Shown here: piece after piece, positions 29,262 through 38,522 of the stretch
Numbering within the stretch: position 1 is the first letter of the stretch
Layout of the letters: each line of letters begins with the position of its first letter
Virus record (IMG/VR): IMGVR_UViG_3300021962_000026
Origin: a virus
Direction: 5' to 3' (one strand)
Length of the DNA: 64,000 bases
Made by a program: the position numbers and the translations under genes
Notes under the pieces: generated by a model
What the model was told of the DNA's origin: nothing
Database searches by the model: none
The model's input: the letters and a program-made list of their open reading frames with translations, nothing else

Positions 29262-32045
29262 TTATTTAAATAAACTTGTTACATCTAATCTATTAAAAAC
29301 ACTAGCAGGTGCTTCCTCTTGAAATGTTTGTACAACATTTTGAGTCAACTGTTGTGGACTATTAGTGTTTGCAATAGATTCAAATTTATTAGCTAGTGCG
29401 CCTGCATCAGAACCATTTAAAACATTTGCAACGCCTGTGCGTTTAATTACGGAAAGCGGATCTTTACCAGCACTTATTTGTTGGAATGCATCACTAAAAG
29501 TGTCTATTCCAAATTTTCTTTCCATAGCAGCTACACTAGTTTCATTACGCCCAACTCTGCCTTTTACAGGCTGCATTTTGGTGCGGAAAGCAGATAATAC
29601 TTGAGTAAATACTCCGCCCTGGAAACTAGACTTTACACGCAATACTCTATACACACCATTAAACTGACTACTACTATATTTTTCATCTTTAGTCAAATCC
29701 ATTAAGCCTGTTACAGGGTCATAATCTGTAGGTGTTTTTAAATTAATCTGTATGTAAGGCGGAGTTAAATCGTAATTAATTGTTCCGTCCGGCATAAAGG
29801 GAGTATTAAACACCTTTCCTCCGTTGCCTTGTGGTTGATAAAGAGTATCTGCACTTGGAAAATATGCTGGATCTCCAAGTATATCCAGTTCAATGTTTAC
29901 TAGATCAATACCACTATGCATAACAGTACTAAAGAAATCTTTCTTTCTTTTGTTGTCTACAGTTTCATCATTGACAATGCCCTGATCTTGAGTTGATACA
30001 TCCTTTATCTGAGCATGTATATCCTCAACATTTTTCTCATCAGCACTGTCCGGTGTTCCTGTTCCCAGCGTTCTCCTGTCATAATATGCAGCATTAAAGT
30101 CAAGTTTAAGTCTCTGAACTTCAGTATTTTCTCCACTAAAGATGTAATTGTAAACTTTATGTACACCAGAGCCTTTAGGTGCAGATTTTTTAGCCCAGGG
30201 AAAGTCTTCATAGTGTACTGTATTTAAAATTACATTATATTTTACATGAAATTTGTATCTGCCATCTTTAGAGTCCCAACCAATAAACTCAGTAATTTCT
30301 GGAATAATTTTAAACCACTTTAAACCTTCACTTGTTGCACCAGTACCTTCACTTGATTCTTGATTAATTAAATTTCCATCTATATAATTACTAGCAACAA
30401 TAACATAATTAATTAGACTAGTTATACTAGTGCCAGCATTAATTTTAAACAAATTGTTATTTTTATCTACAGAAACTTTTCCCTGCACTGCACCAGCAAT
30501 AGTTTTATAAGCCTTTTCATTTGCTTGTGGGGTGTTAAGAGCGTCGAATTTTTCTGATTGCACTTTAGAATTGCCAATTTCAGGTGCAAATTCAAAACTA
30601 ATTTTTTCCTCAATATTAGCCGACGCAGGAGATGTTTGTCCTGTTTTTTCGTCTTTGATAGGTTTTGTTTTTTCTTTGTAAAAATTGTTCATTGCATCTT
30701 GGAGAGTGGTGTTAGCTTCTCCAAAGACTGTTTTTTGTGCAGCAACTTGACCAGACTGGCCAGAAAGTTCATCAGTTACAGTTTTTTGTTCAGTTACCTG
30801 CTTCTGAACACTTGCTGCTCCAGTAAAAACATCTTTAACTGTACCAGCACTAACCTGTACTGTTACTGGGATAGTACCGCTAATACTGTTAAACACATCA
30901 TGATGATAGGGTATTGCTTTGCAATAATAAGTTGACCCGCTCTCAGTTACATTAAATCTTAGTCTAGTAATCTTAATAGGAATGTGCTTGGGTTTTATAG
31001 CACCTACTATTTCTGCTCCTGTATCGTCATAACCTTTAAATGTGAGCCTTAACATATAGGGTGCGTTAATATAATTTTCTTTTTCTTCTAATGCAGTTGT
31101 TGCTGCATTTTTTAATCTTTCTAACAGAGTTACACCATTGGGTTCTCGTATTTCAAAGGTAACTTCTATAGCATTAGTATTGGTTGACCTTTGACTAGGA
31201 CCTGTTGCTAAATTAGTAATATTTAGGTTATCTATAAAAAAATCTAGATTAAAATCTTCCGATATATCTGGTCCTAAGCCACCACTTCTTACTACAGGTA
31301 CTGCATGATTAGCAAGTATACTACTTACATCTTGTGGAGATTGCAGAACTGAAACATATCTTTTAGGACTTAATAAAAAAAGTTCAATGTTATATGTAAA
31401 GGATGCAAAGTCACTAAGTTGATTTAACCTAGGCTCTATTGTAATATTGTCAATATCACTAGTAAGACCTGAATTGGTACCTTGAGCATTAGCAGGCAAA
31501 GCATTTCCCTGTGCTTGAACAGTATTTGGTGCTGCTGATGGTGCAGCGACTTGTGAATCTTCGCCTGCGCCTATGTCACTGTTTGTGCCTGCGTTGGATG
31601 TTATAGTCGTACCTGGCACAACAGCAGATTGAGCAGGGCCAGCTCCGGGCTCTGTACTACTAACTGTAGCAGTGCCTACTTGACTTGGTGTTGCAGTTGG
31701 AACAGAACTGGGTTGTGCTGTACCGCCAGTAGTGTTTGGCAAAACTTCACCAGCTGGCCCAGCAGTAACATTTGTGCCAACAGTTCCGGTTCCTCCAGCA
31801 CCCGTTACTGGCGGAGTTACTGTTATTGCAAGTGGCGCTGGTGTAGTTGCAGGGTTTTGTAGTATTTCTACAGGCTCAAACACTTCTCCGTTTGCTTGTA
31901 AATTGAGTAAAAATGCTCTAACACGGTTTATTTCATAAACATAGGATTCCAGATTACTTAAACTACCTAATTTAAAATCATCCTCGAGAGAAAGAACTCC
32001 TGGACCACCTACAAATTCTTTTCCTCCAAAATTAAGTTGTGCCAT
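29262..32045 (-). CDS. baseplate hub protein (gp27-like) with P/T/A/G-rich N-terminal linker
   Basis: NQLSDFASFTYNIEL, EPNGVTLLERL, ILGDPAY and GVYRVLRVKSSFQGGVFTQVL motifs; located between gp53 and gp5. Confidence 0.65.
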   Translation of the reverse strand: MAQLNFGGKEFVGGPGVLSLEDDFKLGSLSNLESYVYEINRVRAFLLNLQANGEVFEPVEILQNPATTPAPLAITVTPPVTGAGGTGTVGTNVTAGPAGEVLPNTTGGTAQPSSVPTATPSQVGTATVSSTEPGAGPAQSAVVPGTTITSNAGTNSDIGAGEDSQVAAPSAAPNTVQAQGNALPANAQGTNSGLTSDIDNITIEPRLNQLSDFASFTYNIELFLLSPKRYVSVLQSPQDVSSILANHAVPVVRSGGLGPDISEDFNLDFFIDNLNITNLATGPSQRSTNTNAIEVTFEIREPNGVTLLERLKNAATTALEEKENYINAPYMLRLTFKGYDDTGAEIVGAIKPKHIPIKITRLRFNVTESGSTYYCKAIPYHHDVFNSISGTIPVTVQVSAGTVKDVFTGAASVQKQVTEQKTVTDELSGQSGQVAAQKTVFGEANTTLQDAMNNFYKEKTKPIKDEKTGQTSPASANIEEKISFEFAPEIGNSKVQSEKFDALNTPQANEKAYKTIAGAVQGKVSVDKNNNLFKINAGTSITSLINYVIVASNYIDGNLINQESSEGTGATSEGLKWFKIIPEITEFIGWDSKDGRYKFHVKYNVILNTVHYEDFPWAKKSAPKGSGVHKVYNYIFSGENTEVQRLKLDFNAAYYDRRTLGTGTPDSADEKNVEDIHAQIKDVSTQDQGIVNDETVDNKRKKDFFSTVMHSGIDLVNIELDILGDPAYFPSADTLYQPQGNGGKVFNTPFMPDGTINYDLTPPYIQINLKTPTDYDPVTGLMDLTKDEKYSSSQFNGVYRVLRVKSSFQGGVFTQVLSAFRTKMQPVKGRVGRNETSVAAMERKFGIDTFSDAFQQISAGKDPLSVIKRTGVANVLNGSDAGALANKFESIANTNSPQQLTQNVVQTFQEEAPASVFNRLDVTSLFK

Positions 32046-32046
32046 G

Positions 32047-32349
32047 TTAAACTCCCAACACGGAATTTAATGTAGCCTGTTTAGGAAGATAGATTTGTGT
32101 TCCAACCTTGAAGTCCCAGATTGGGTCTTGCATTGCGTTAGGATTTCTAACCATAAACACCCACCATAGATTAGGATTGTTATACAAGTCATAAGCAAGC
32201 AGATCTGGTCTATACTGATATGTAGAAGTTATAGTAAACAGTACATCATCTTGCTTGTAAGGAATGCTGCGATGAGTGTAGATGTCTAGGAAATTTCCAA
32301 ACATATCTGTAACGCCATAAGGGCTATCTTGTCTATATTCTACTGCCAT
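32047..32349 (-). CDS. baseplate wedge protein (gp53-like, LysM-type)
   Basis: YQYRPDLLAYDLYNNPNLWWVF..RN...DPIWDF.VG..IYLP. Confidence 0.85.
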   Translation of the reverse strand: MAVEYRQDSPYGVTDMFGNFLDIYTHRSIPYKQDDVLFTITSTYQYRPDLLAYDLYNNPNLWWVFMVRNPNAMQDPIWDFKVGTQIYLPKQATLNSVLGV

Positions 32350-33206
32350 TATGGTAAAGTTCCTGGTCCTGATTTGGATCCAATTAGTGCACCAGCAGCA
32401 TAATCGTCCAATCCAAATTCCAGCATCCTTTTTCTGCTGATTACTGGTAATAGTTGTACTGTTACTAGTATGCTGGTAGGCACTCTAGTTGTAGCATTAA
32501 TGCCACCACCGCCACTACCAGCTCTAGCATCTATATAATCCACTGTAGGATCGAAATCCTGGTTGATACTAGCTAAAACAACAGGTACACTGTGGAACAT
32601 ATGTGGACCATGTGCACTAAATCGTAAAACAGGGGGCGGCGTGCCTCTGTTTTGGTCTTGTCCATAAAACATTTTTGTAACAGCTCTTAAAAAATTAATA
32701 ACTGCAAGGACATATTGTGCTTCTTGTGGTGTATTAGCGGTAAAGGTACCTGCACATTGGATAGTATCAACACTACTCATCGCATAACTTTGACTATGAT
32801 AGTTAGCATGACTAACTTGGTTAGAAGTATAGTTTGCGCTATAAGTTACGTTAATACTTGGTGTATATGGCCAAATAACGCCATCTGTTGCTCTTAAAGG
32901 AGCAAGTAATGTATTGCTAGGATCTCTATAAAACTTACCGGATAAACCAGGACTTAATGCAAGTCTAGCACGAATATCCTTTTCACCATCAAATGTAGCC
33001 TGAGAAAAGTCTATGTTAAAATCACTGTTTGCTGCGCCAGGAAAAAGAGCATTATTAATTAGTCTATTGGCCTGGGCTCCCAAAAATCCTCTAGCAATTT
33101 GGCTCACAGTTCCATCACCTGGAATTATTTTGTTAAGTCCAGTGTTAACAATGTCCTGCGTTGCATTCTGTACCTGACCGGTCAAATTTGTAAAGTCTAG
33201 TGCCAT
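32349..33206 (-). CDS. baseplate tail-tube cap/initiator (gp48/gp54-like)
   Basis: GVIWPYTP, FLRAVTKMFYG..GTPPPVLRFSAHG motifs of tube-fold proteins; first gene of baseplate operon. Confidence 0.65.
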   Translation of the reverse strand: MALDFTNLTGQVQNATQDIVNTGLNKIIPGDGTVSQIARGFLGAQANRLINNALFPGAANSDFNIDFSQATFDGEKDIRARLALSPGLSGKFYRDPSNTLLAPLRATDGVIWPYTPSINVTYSANYTSNQVSHANYHSQSYAMSSVDTIQCAGTFTANTPQEAQYVLAVINFLRAVTKMFYGQDQNRGTPPPVLRFSAHGPHMFHSVPVVLASINQDFDPTVDYIDARAGSGGGGINATTRVPTSILVTVQLLPVISRKRMLEFGLDDYAAGALIGSKSGPGTLP

Positions 33207-33226
33207 AAATATAAGATACTCACAAT

Positions 33227-33255
33227 TTGCTATTTGTATTTATTTGTTGTATAAT
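33227..33255 (+). promoter_or_regulatory. sigma70-type promoter of gp55 overlapping a divergent late promoter
   Basis: TTGCTA(33227-32)-N17-TATAAT(33250-55); AATAAATA on minus strand at 33237-33244. Confidence 0.6.
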
Positions 33256-33281
33256 AGTAGTATATTAAACAAGGACAGAGT

Positions 33282-34097
33282 ATGCGTAAACGCAATTATT
33301 TAAGCAATCATGACTTATTAATAGAAATCCACAAGAGCAAAAGCACATTTTGTAGTTTTATCAATGAAAGCTATCAACAATTTGATATTATTCTAACTAA
33401 TGTAGACAAGATTAATATTAGAACAATAGCACAAGCAAAAAGAAATCGTGCTGATAGACTAGCAAAACAAGCATATGAGCAAGCATATAACGAAGGTCAG
33501 AAAGTTAAACAGGCAGATTTTGCCGTTAATTGGAAGACTATTCCCAAGACTGATCTAGTGTTTAGGATTATGACTTATGATCATGTTCCACTACAGCCTG
33601 GTCGCAAAAAGACCATTAAGACTGTTGCTGACTCACATATACAACTAAACTTTCCACCGTTCCAGCACTGGGCATTTACTGAAGCAGATGAACTCATTTG
33701 TGTAGGAAAAAGCCACTGGGAAGGTGGACTGGACAATGGTTGGTTTAACAAGGATCATGGCCAACTTACTAACAAGTTAGTCAGACAGTTTATGAAGTTA
33801 ATTGAGAGATATGCCCAACGTAGTAACTGGCGTTACTACACCTACAACGATGAAATGCAGGGCACTGCACTGTTAAACATGAGCCAGATGTGCTTGAAGT
33901 TTGACGAAAGCAAGAGTCAAAACCCATTCGCATACTATACCGCAGTTATAACAAACAGTTTTACTCGTGTGTTAAACACAGAGAAAAAGGGCCAGAAAGT
34001 AAGAGACGACATACTGGAAGCAAATGGCTTAACGCCTAGCTATACCAGACAGAATGAAAATCAGGAATACATCTTAGCGCAAGCAGAGGAAGCATGA
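33282..34097 (+). CDS. late-transcription sigma factor (T4 gp55-like)
   Basis: NYLSNHDLL N-terminus; RSNWRYYTYNDEM...KFDESKSQNPFAYYT...NSF; precedes gp47/gp46 as in T4-like phages. Confidence 0.85.
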   Translation: MRKRNYLSNHDLLIEIHKSKSTFCSFINESYQQFDIILTNVDKINIRTIAQAKRNRADRLAKQAYEQAYNEGQKVKQADFAVNWKTIPKTDLVFRIMTYDHVPLQPGRKKTIKTVADSHIQLNFPPFQHWAFTEADELICVGKSHWEGGLDNGWFNKDHGQLTNKLVRQFMKLIERYAQRSNWRYYTYNDEMQGTALLNMSQMCLKFDESKSQNPFAYYTAVITNSFTRVLNTEKKGQKVRDDILEANGLTPSYTRQNENQEYILAQAEEA

Positions 34098-35107
34098 CAA
34101 ATTTATTCAAACGTGCAATATTCTTTACGGACATACACTTTGGATTAAAGTCAAACTCAAGAACACATAACCAGGACTGCTTAAATTTTATAGACTTTGT
34201 TATCAAAACAGCAAAGGCTAGAGAGTGTGAGACCTGTGTGTTTTTAGGAGACTGGCATCACAATCGTGCAAGTCTAAACATAAGCACCTTAAACTATAGT
34301 GTTCGTGCATTTGATATGCTCAGTGAAAACTTTGCACAGGTAGTATTCCTACCTGGCAATCATGATGAGCATTATCGTGACACACGAGAAATGAACAGTG
34401 TTATCTGGGCCAAGAAGTGGGACAATGTAAGGTTGTTTGACGATATTACCCAGGAAGGAGATGTTTGTGTTATGCCCTGGCTGGTTGGCAAGGAGTTTGC
34501 ACAGGTTCCCAAGATTGAAGCAAAGTATATGTTTGGGCATCTGGAACTTCCTAACTTCTATATGAACGCTATGGTGCGTATGCCTGATGTTGGTGAACTA
34601 AAGCGTGAAGACCTCAAGAGTGAAACCGTGTTTACTGGACACTTCCACAAGAGGCAAAATCACAAAAACATCACATATATTGGCAATGCGTTCCCACACA
34701 ACTATGCTGATGCCGGCGATGATGACCGTGGTGTTATGATACTGGACTGGGGCAAGGATCCTGAATACATTGCCTGGACAGATGCACCCAAGTACAGACG
34801 TTACCTGCTTAGTGAGATACTGGACAATCCAGAAGCAAAACTAAAGTCAGACATGTATTGTAGAGTAGAACTGGATATTGATATTAGTTATGAAGAAGCA
34901 AACTTTATCAAAGAACAGTTTATGCCTGAATTTAACCTACGTGAACTAAGTTTGATCCCACGTGTAAGCGATGAAGAGCATGCACAATCCTTTGAGGGTG
35001 AAGTTAATTTTGAGAGCGTAGATAGTATTGTAACCAGTCACTTAACACAGTTAGACAGTGCACAATACGATAAAAATTTAATGTTGGATATCTACCAAAA
35101 CTTGTAG
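34094..35107 (+). CDS. recombination endonuclease subunit (T4 gp47/Mre11/SbcD-like)
   Basis: DIHFG, GDWHH, GNHD, GH and GHFH metallophosphoesterase motifs. Confidence 0.92.
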   Translation: MTNLFKRAIFFTDIHFGLKSNSRTHNQDCLNFIDFVIKTAKARECETCVFLGDWHHNRASLNISTLNYSVRAFDMLSENFAQVVFLPGNHDEHYRDTREMNSVIWAKKWDNVRLFDDITQEGDVCVMPWLVGKEFAQVPKIEAKYMFGHLELPNFYMNAMVRMPDVGELKREDLKSETVFTGHFHKRQNHKNITYIGNAFPHNYADAGDDDRGVMILDWGKDPEYIAWTDAPKYRRYLLSEILDNPEAKLKSDMYCRVELDIDISYEEANFIKEQFMPEFNLRELSLIPRVSDEEHAQSFEGEVNFESVDSIVTSHLTQLDSAQYDKNLMLDIYQNL

Positions 35108-35149
35108 TATAATAAAACATGCTCAAATTAGTTGAAAAGAAAGACATCA

Positions 35150-35854
35150 ATGATGTTAAAATTTAGTAATACTACATTTTGGCAAAATTATGAAAGTTTT
35201 GATGCACAAGTTGGCAGTAGTAGGATGAGGTGTTCTACAGATGCAGTTTTACTATACGATTTATTTTTAAATTTTAAGTTTAAAAATTATTTGGAAATAG
35301 GAATACATCAAGGACTAACTTCTGGCCTAGTTTATGAATCCAATCCAGGCATTAATATTACAGGAATAGATATCAAACTTCAGTTAGAGTTGTTTGCATC
35401 ACTTTATCCTGCCTGTAAAAGAGTAAATTATTTACACGATAGTACAACTTTCGACTTCACACAACTTGGCAAATTTGATTTAATACTTATAGACGGCGAC
35501 CATACTAGTGAGTTTGTATTATCTGATATTAAAAACTGTGTGCCAATGCTTGAAGACACCGGAGTACTTATATTAGATGATTGGGAACTTCCAGACGTAT
35601 ACATGAGCCGAGAAACTTTGTACAATCTGGGACTTCAGCCATTTTTAAGACTTCAACAATGTGAATTGTGGCATAAGGGAAATAATGATAGGTCCGAGTA
35701 TTTAGATGGACTATTTTCCAGCAAACTTGCAAATTTTTTGACTATCGATACCTTGACTGAATATCATATTGAAATAGTAACAGTTAAAGGCCTTTACTGT
35801 TTCAATGAAGAATTGCCATTAGCTAGGCAAATCTTATCATATTACGATTTGTAA
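35150..35854 (+). CDS. class I SAM-dependent methyltransferase (Methyltransf_24-like)
   Basis: YLEIGIHQG, GID, FDLILIDGDH, GVLILDD; ATG at 35150/35153 preferred over TTG at 35132. Confidence 0.8.
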   Translation: MMLKFSNTTFWQNYESFDAQVGSSRMRCSTDAVLLYDLFLNFKFKNYLEIGIHQGLTSGLVYESNPGINITGIDIKLQLELFASLYPACKRVNYLHDSTTFDFTQLGKFDLILIDGDHTSEFVLSDIKNCVPMLEDTGVLILDDWELPDVYMSRETLYNLGLQPFLRLQQCELWHKGNNDRSEYLDGLFSSKLANFLTIDTLTEYHIEIVTVKGLYCFNEELPLARQILSYYDL

Positions 35855-35876
35855 ATTAAAAACTGGATGCATCTGT

Positions 35877-37631
35877 ATGTTTAAACTGAATACACTCACA
35901 GTAAAGAACTTCATGAGCGTGGGCAATCAGACCCAGGCTGTTGACTTTGACCGTAGAGACTTAACTCTTGTGCTAGGTGAAAATTTAGATCAAGGAGGTG
36001 ATGACTCTGGTGCCAGGAATGGCACGGGTAAAACCACAATCATCAACGCACTAAGTTATGCTCTCTACGGCCAAGCCCTTACAAATATCAAGCGTGACAA
36101 CCTTATCAACAAAACCAACGGCAAGAACATGCTGGTTACAGTGGACTTTGATGTAAATGGTGAACGCTATCGTATTGAGCGTGGGCGTAAACCCAATGTA
36201 CTAAAGTTCCAGGTTGGTGACGTCGAAGCAGAAGAACAACAGGGCGAAAACAGGGAAACACAATCAGACATAGAAAAATTGCTTAACATGAGTCACGAAA
36301 TGTTTAAGCATCTGGTTGCTCTTAACACATATACACAGCCGTTCCTAAGTTTGAGTGCTAACGAACAACGTGCTATTATTGAGCAGATGTTGGGCATTAC
36401 GCTGTTGAGTGAAAAAGCAGAGCGTTTAAAAGAACAAAATAAGCAAACAAAAGATTTAATCACTGAAGAAGAATATCGCATCAAAGCAGTACAGGATGCT
36501 AACAACAAGATTCAGGAACAGATTGAGGCTATGCAACGCAGACAGCGTATGTGGATAGCAAAGCGCGATACTGAAGTTACTGAACTGGAAAATGCTATAA
36601 ACAGTCTAAGCCATGTTGATATTGAATCTGAACTACTGGCACACACTGATCTTAAACAATGGCAAGAAAAGAAAGCAGTACAGGATCAACTTAACAAGGA
36701 TATAGCACAACTAGAAGCACAGATGTCAAGGGCGTCGAGAGAGCTAGAGCGCACAAACAAAAGTTTGGAAGCTGCTAAATTGGGCAAGTGCGGTAGTTGC
36801 GGTCAGAGCACAGACCACTTGGACAGCCACAAACAGCACATTGCTCAAATAGAAACAGAGCATACTGAAGCTACTGCTTTTTATAATGATTTGCAAGCAG
36901 AAAAAGATGCACTGATTAGCAAACAAGAAACACTGGAAGCACGACCCAATACATTTTACGATGATGTAACAGAAGCACACAACCACAAGAGTACACTTGC
37001 TACACTGGATTCACAGTTAAAGAGCAAGCAAACAGAAACGGATCCTTATCAGGATCAGATTGAAGAGATGCAAACTGCCGCAGTGCAGGAAGTAGATTGG
37101 GATACTATAAACAGTCTTACAAAAGTAAGAGAACACCAGGACTTCTTGTTAAAACTGCTAACAAACAAAGACAGTTTTATCCGCAAACGCATTATTGATC
37201 AGAACTTGCAGTTCCTTAACACCAGATTAACATACTATCTAGGGCGCATGGGCTTGCCTCATACTGTTCGCTTTATGAACGATTTGGGTGTAGAAATACA
37301 AGAACTGGGCAGAGACCTAGACTTTGACAACTTGAGCAGAGGCGAGCGCAACAGGCTTATCTTAAGTTTAAGTTGGGCGTTCCGTGATGTATGGGAGAGC
37401 TTGTATCATCCTATCAATCTACTGTTTATTGACGAAGTTGTTGACAGTGGTATGGATGCCAGTGGTGTTGAGAACGCACTTGCATGTCTCAAGAAGATGA
37501 GCAGAGATCGTAACAAGAGTGTGTGGTTGGTTAGCCACAAAGACGAGCTTGGCGGTCGTGTTAACAACATACTCAAAGTTATCAAAGAAAACGGCTATAC
37601 TAGCTATGACACTGATATTGAAGTTATTTAG
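35877..37631 (+). CDS. recombination ATPase subunit (T4 gp46/Rad50/SbcC-like)
   Basis: Walker A NGTGKT, coiled coil with CGSC zinc hook, LSRGE signature, Walker B LFIDE, VSH. Confidence 0.93.
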   Translation: MFKLNTLTVKNFMSVGNQTQAVDFDRRDLTLVLGENLDQGGDDSGARNGTGKTTIINALSYALYGQALTNIKRDNLINKTNGKNMLVTVDFDVNGERYRIERGRKPNVLKFQVGDVEAEEQQGENRETQSDIEKLLNMSHEMFKHLVALNTYTQPFLSLSANEQRAIIEQMLGITLLSEKAERLKEQNKQTKDLITEEEYRIKAVQDANNKIQEQIEAMQRRQRMWIAKRDTEVTELENAINSLSHVDIESELLAHTDLKQWQEKKAVQDQLNKDIAQLEAQMSRASRELERTNKSLEAAKLGKCGSCGQSTDHLDSHKQHIAQIETEHTEATAFYNDLQAEKDALISKQETLEARPNTFYDDVTEAHNHKSTLATLDSQLKSKQTETDPYQDQIEEMQTAAVQEVDWDTINSLTKVREHQDFLLKLLTNKDSFIRKRIIDQNLQFLNTRLTYYLGRMGLPHTVRFMNDLGVEIQELGRDLDFDNLSRGERNRLILSLSWAFRDVWESLYHPINLLFIDEVVDSGMDASGVENALACLKKMSRDRNKSVWLVSHKDELGGRVNNILKVIKENGYTSYDTDIEVI

Positions 37632-37642
37632 ACCAAAATATC

Positions 37643-37672
37643 TTGATTTTAAAATACAAATCAATATATAAT
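37643..37672 (+). promoter_or_regulatory. putative sigma70 promoter with palindrome upstream of the GIY-YIG gene
   Basis: TTGATT(37643-48)-N18-TATAAT(37667-72); inverted repeat TTGATTT/AAATCAA (37643-49/37658-64). Confidence 0.4.
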
Positions 37673-38117
37673 GAACATGTTATGGCATCACAAAGGCAAA
37701 CTAGTAGAAGAAATACCTGAAGGCAAAATAGGGTTTGTATACCTTATAACAAACTTAGAAACAGACCAAAAGTATATTGGCAAAAAACTGGCTCAATTCA
37801 AAAAAACTAGACCACCCCTCAAAGGCAAAACTCGCAAAAGACGTACAACAGTGGAGAGCGATTGGCGTGACTACTGGGGATCGTCCGAGCACCTGCAGGC
37901 AGATGTAGAACGACTTGGCACAGACAAATTTACAAGAGAAATACTATTCTTTTGTGAAACCAAAGGCGAAATGTCATACTTAGAGGCAAAAGAGCAATTT
38001 GACCGCCGTGTATTAGAGACGGACGAGTATTATAACGGTATTATTAATGTAAGAGTAGGCGGCTCAAATATTCTTAGACAAAGGCTACTAGAACAGGCAA
38101 AACAATCCAACACTTAA
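37671..38117 (+). CDS. GIY-YIG endonuclease (single catalytic domain; Seg/EndoII-like); start may be 37677
   Basis: GFVYLITN...KYIGKK, DYWGSS, conserved Glu in YLEAKEQF, YYN; only 148 aa. Confidence 0.85.
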   Translation: MNMLWHHKGKLVEEIPEGKIGFVYLITNLETDQKYIGKKLAQFKKTRPPLKGKTRKRRTTVESDWRDYWGSSEHLQADVERLGTDKFTREILFFCETKGEMSYLEAKEQFDRRVLETDEYYNGIINVRVGGSNILRQRLLEQAKQSNT

Positions 38118-38455
38118 GGCTAGCGGGCCAGTTATAAATCCGCTGTGGAAAAAGCAGTTAACACCTGCACACGCAACACATCGATCGACACCCCTCTGGG
38201 TGAGCCAACAATAGAATTGGGCTACTGGTTGATGTAGGTAGAATGTTGGCTATCGAAACACCGCACATTACACATAAAAACCAGATGCACTGGAACGAAG
38301 CACTGGGTAGCGAAAGCGATGTCGATGTAGGTTGGGAAAGGTCAGAGCCCATTGTGTAGCGGAAAACACCTACTTCCGGGAAGGCTGGATAATGACGGGA
38401 AATGTCACCAGATTGGACGGAGCCGAGAGTGGTTCCGTCTGACTGAAACTTCAGG
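38118..38455 (+). ncRNA. candidate large structured ncRNA (unclassified)
   Basis: Longest non-coding gap in window, GC-richer than flanks; many helices, e.g. AGCCAACA/TGTTGGCT (38203-10/38244-51), ACATCGA/TCGATGT (38178-84/38322-28), GACGGAGCC/GGTTCCGTC (38416-24/38431-39). Confidence 0.55.
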
Positions 38456-38478
38456 GAAATATAATCTCAAGTAAAAAA

Positions 38479-38522
38479 CAAATACGAACGATAGTGAGTA
38501 TTTGGATGAACGAAGTTCATCC
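38479..38522. other. two adjacent hairpins (tandem-GA stem and cGAAg triloop)
   Basis: CAAATAC-GA-AC-GATA-GT-GA-GTATTTG and GGATGAAC-GAA-GTTCATCC. Confidence 0.7.

Noticed and set aside
3337-31938. Numerous 60-208 aa plus-strand ORFs inside the baseplate/fibre genes
   Set aside because: Antisense shadow frames arising from biased Thr/Ser/Gly/Val codons; no SD or recognisable domains
38158-38352. 64-aa minus-strand ORF within the non-coding gap
   Set aside because: No SD, atypical composition, overlaps the structured region; likely spurious
38420-38436. GAGCC...GGTTC resembling the base of group II intron domain V
   Set aside because: Only a 6-nt loop separates the arms (no upper stem or AC bulge), no interrupted gene, no GUGYG 5' end and no RT; kept only as part of the unclassified RNA
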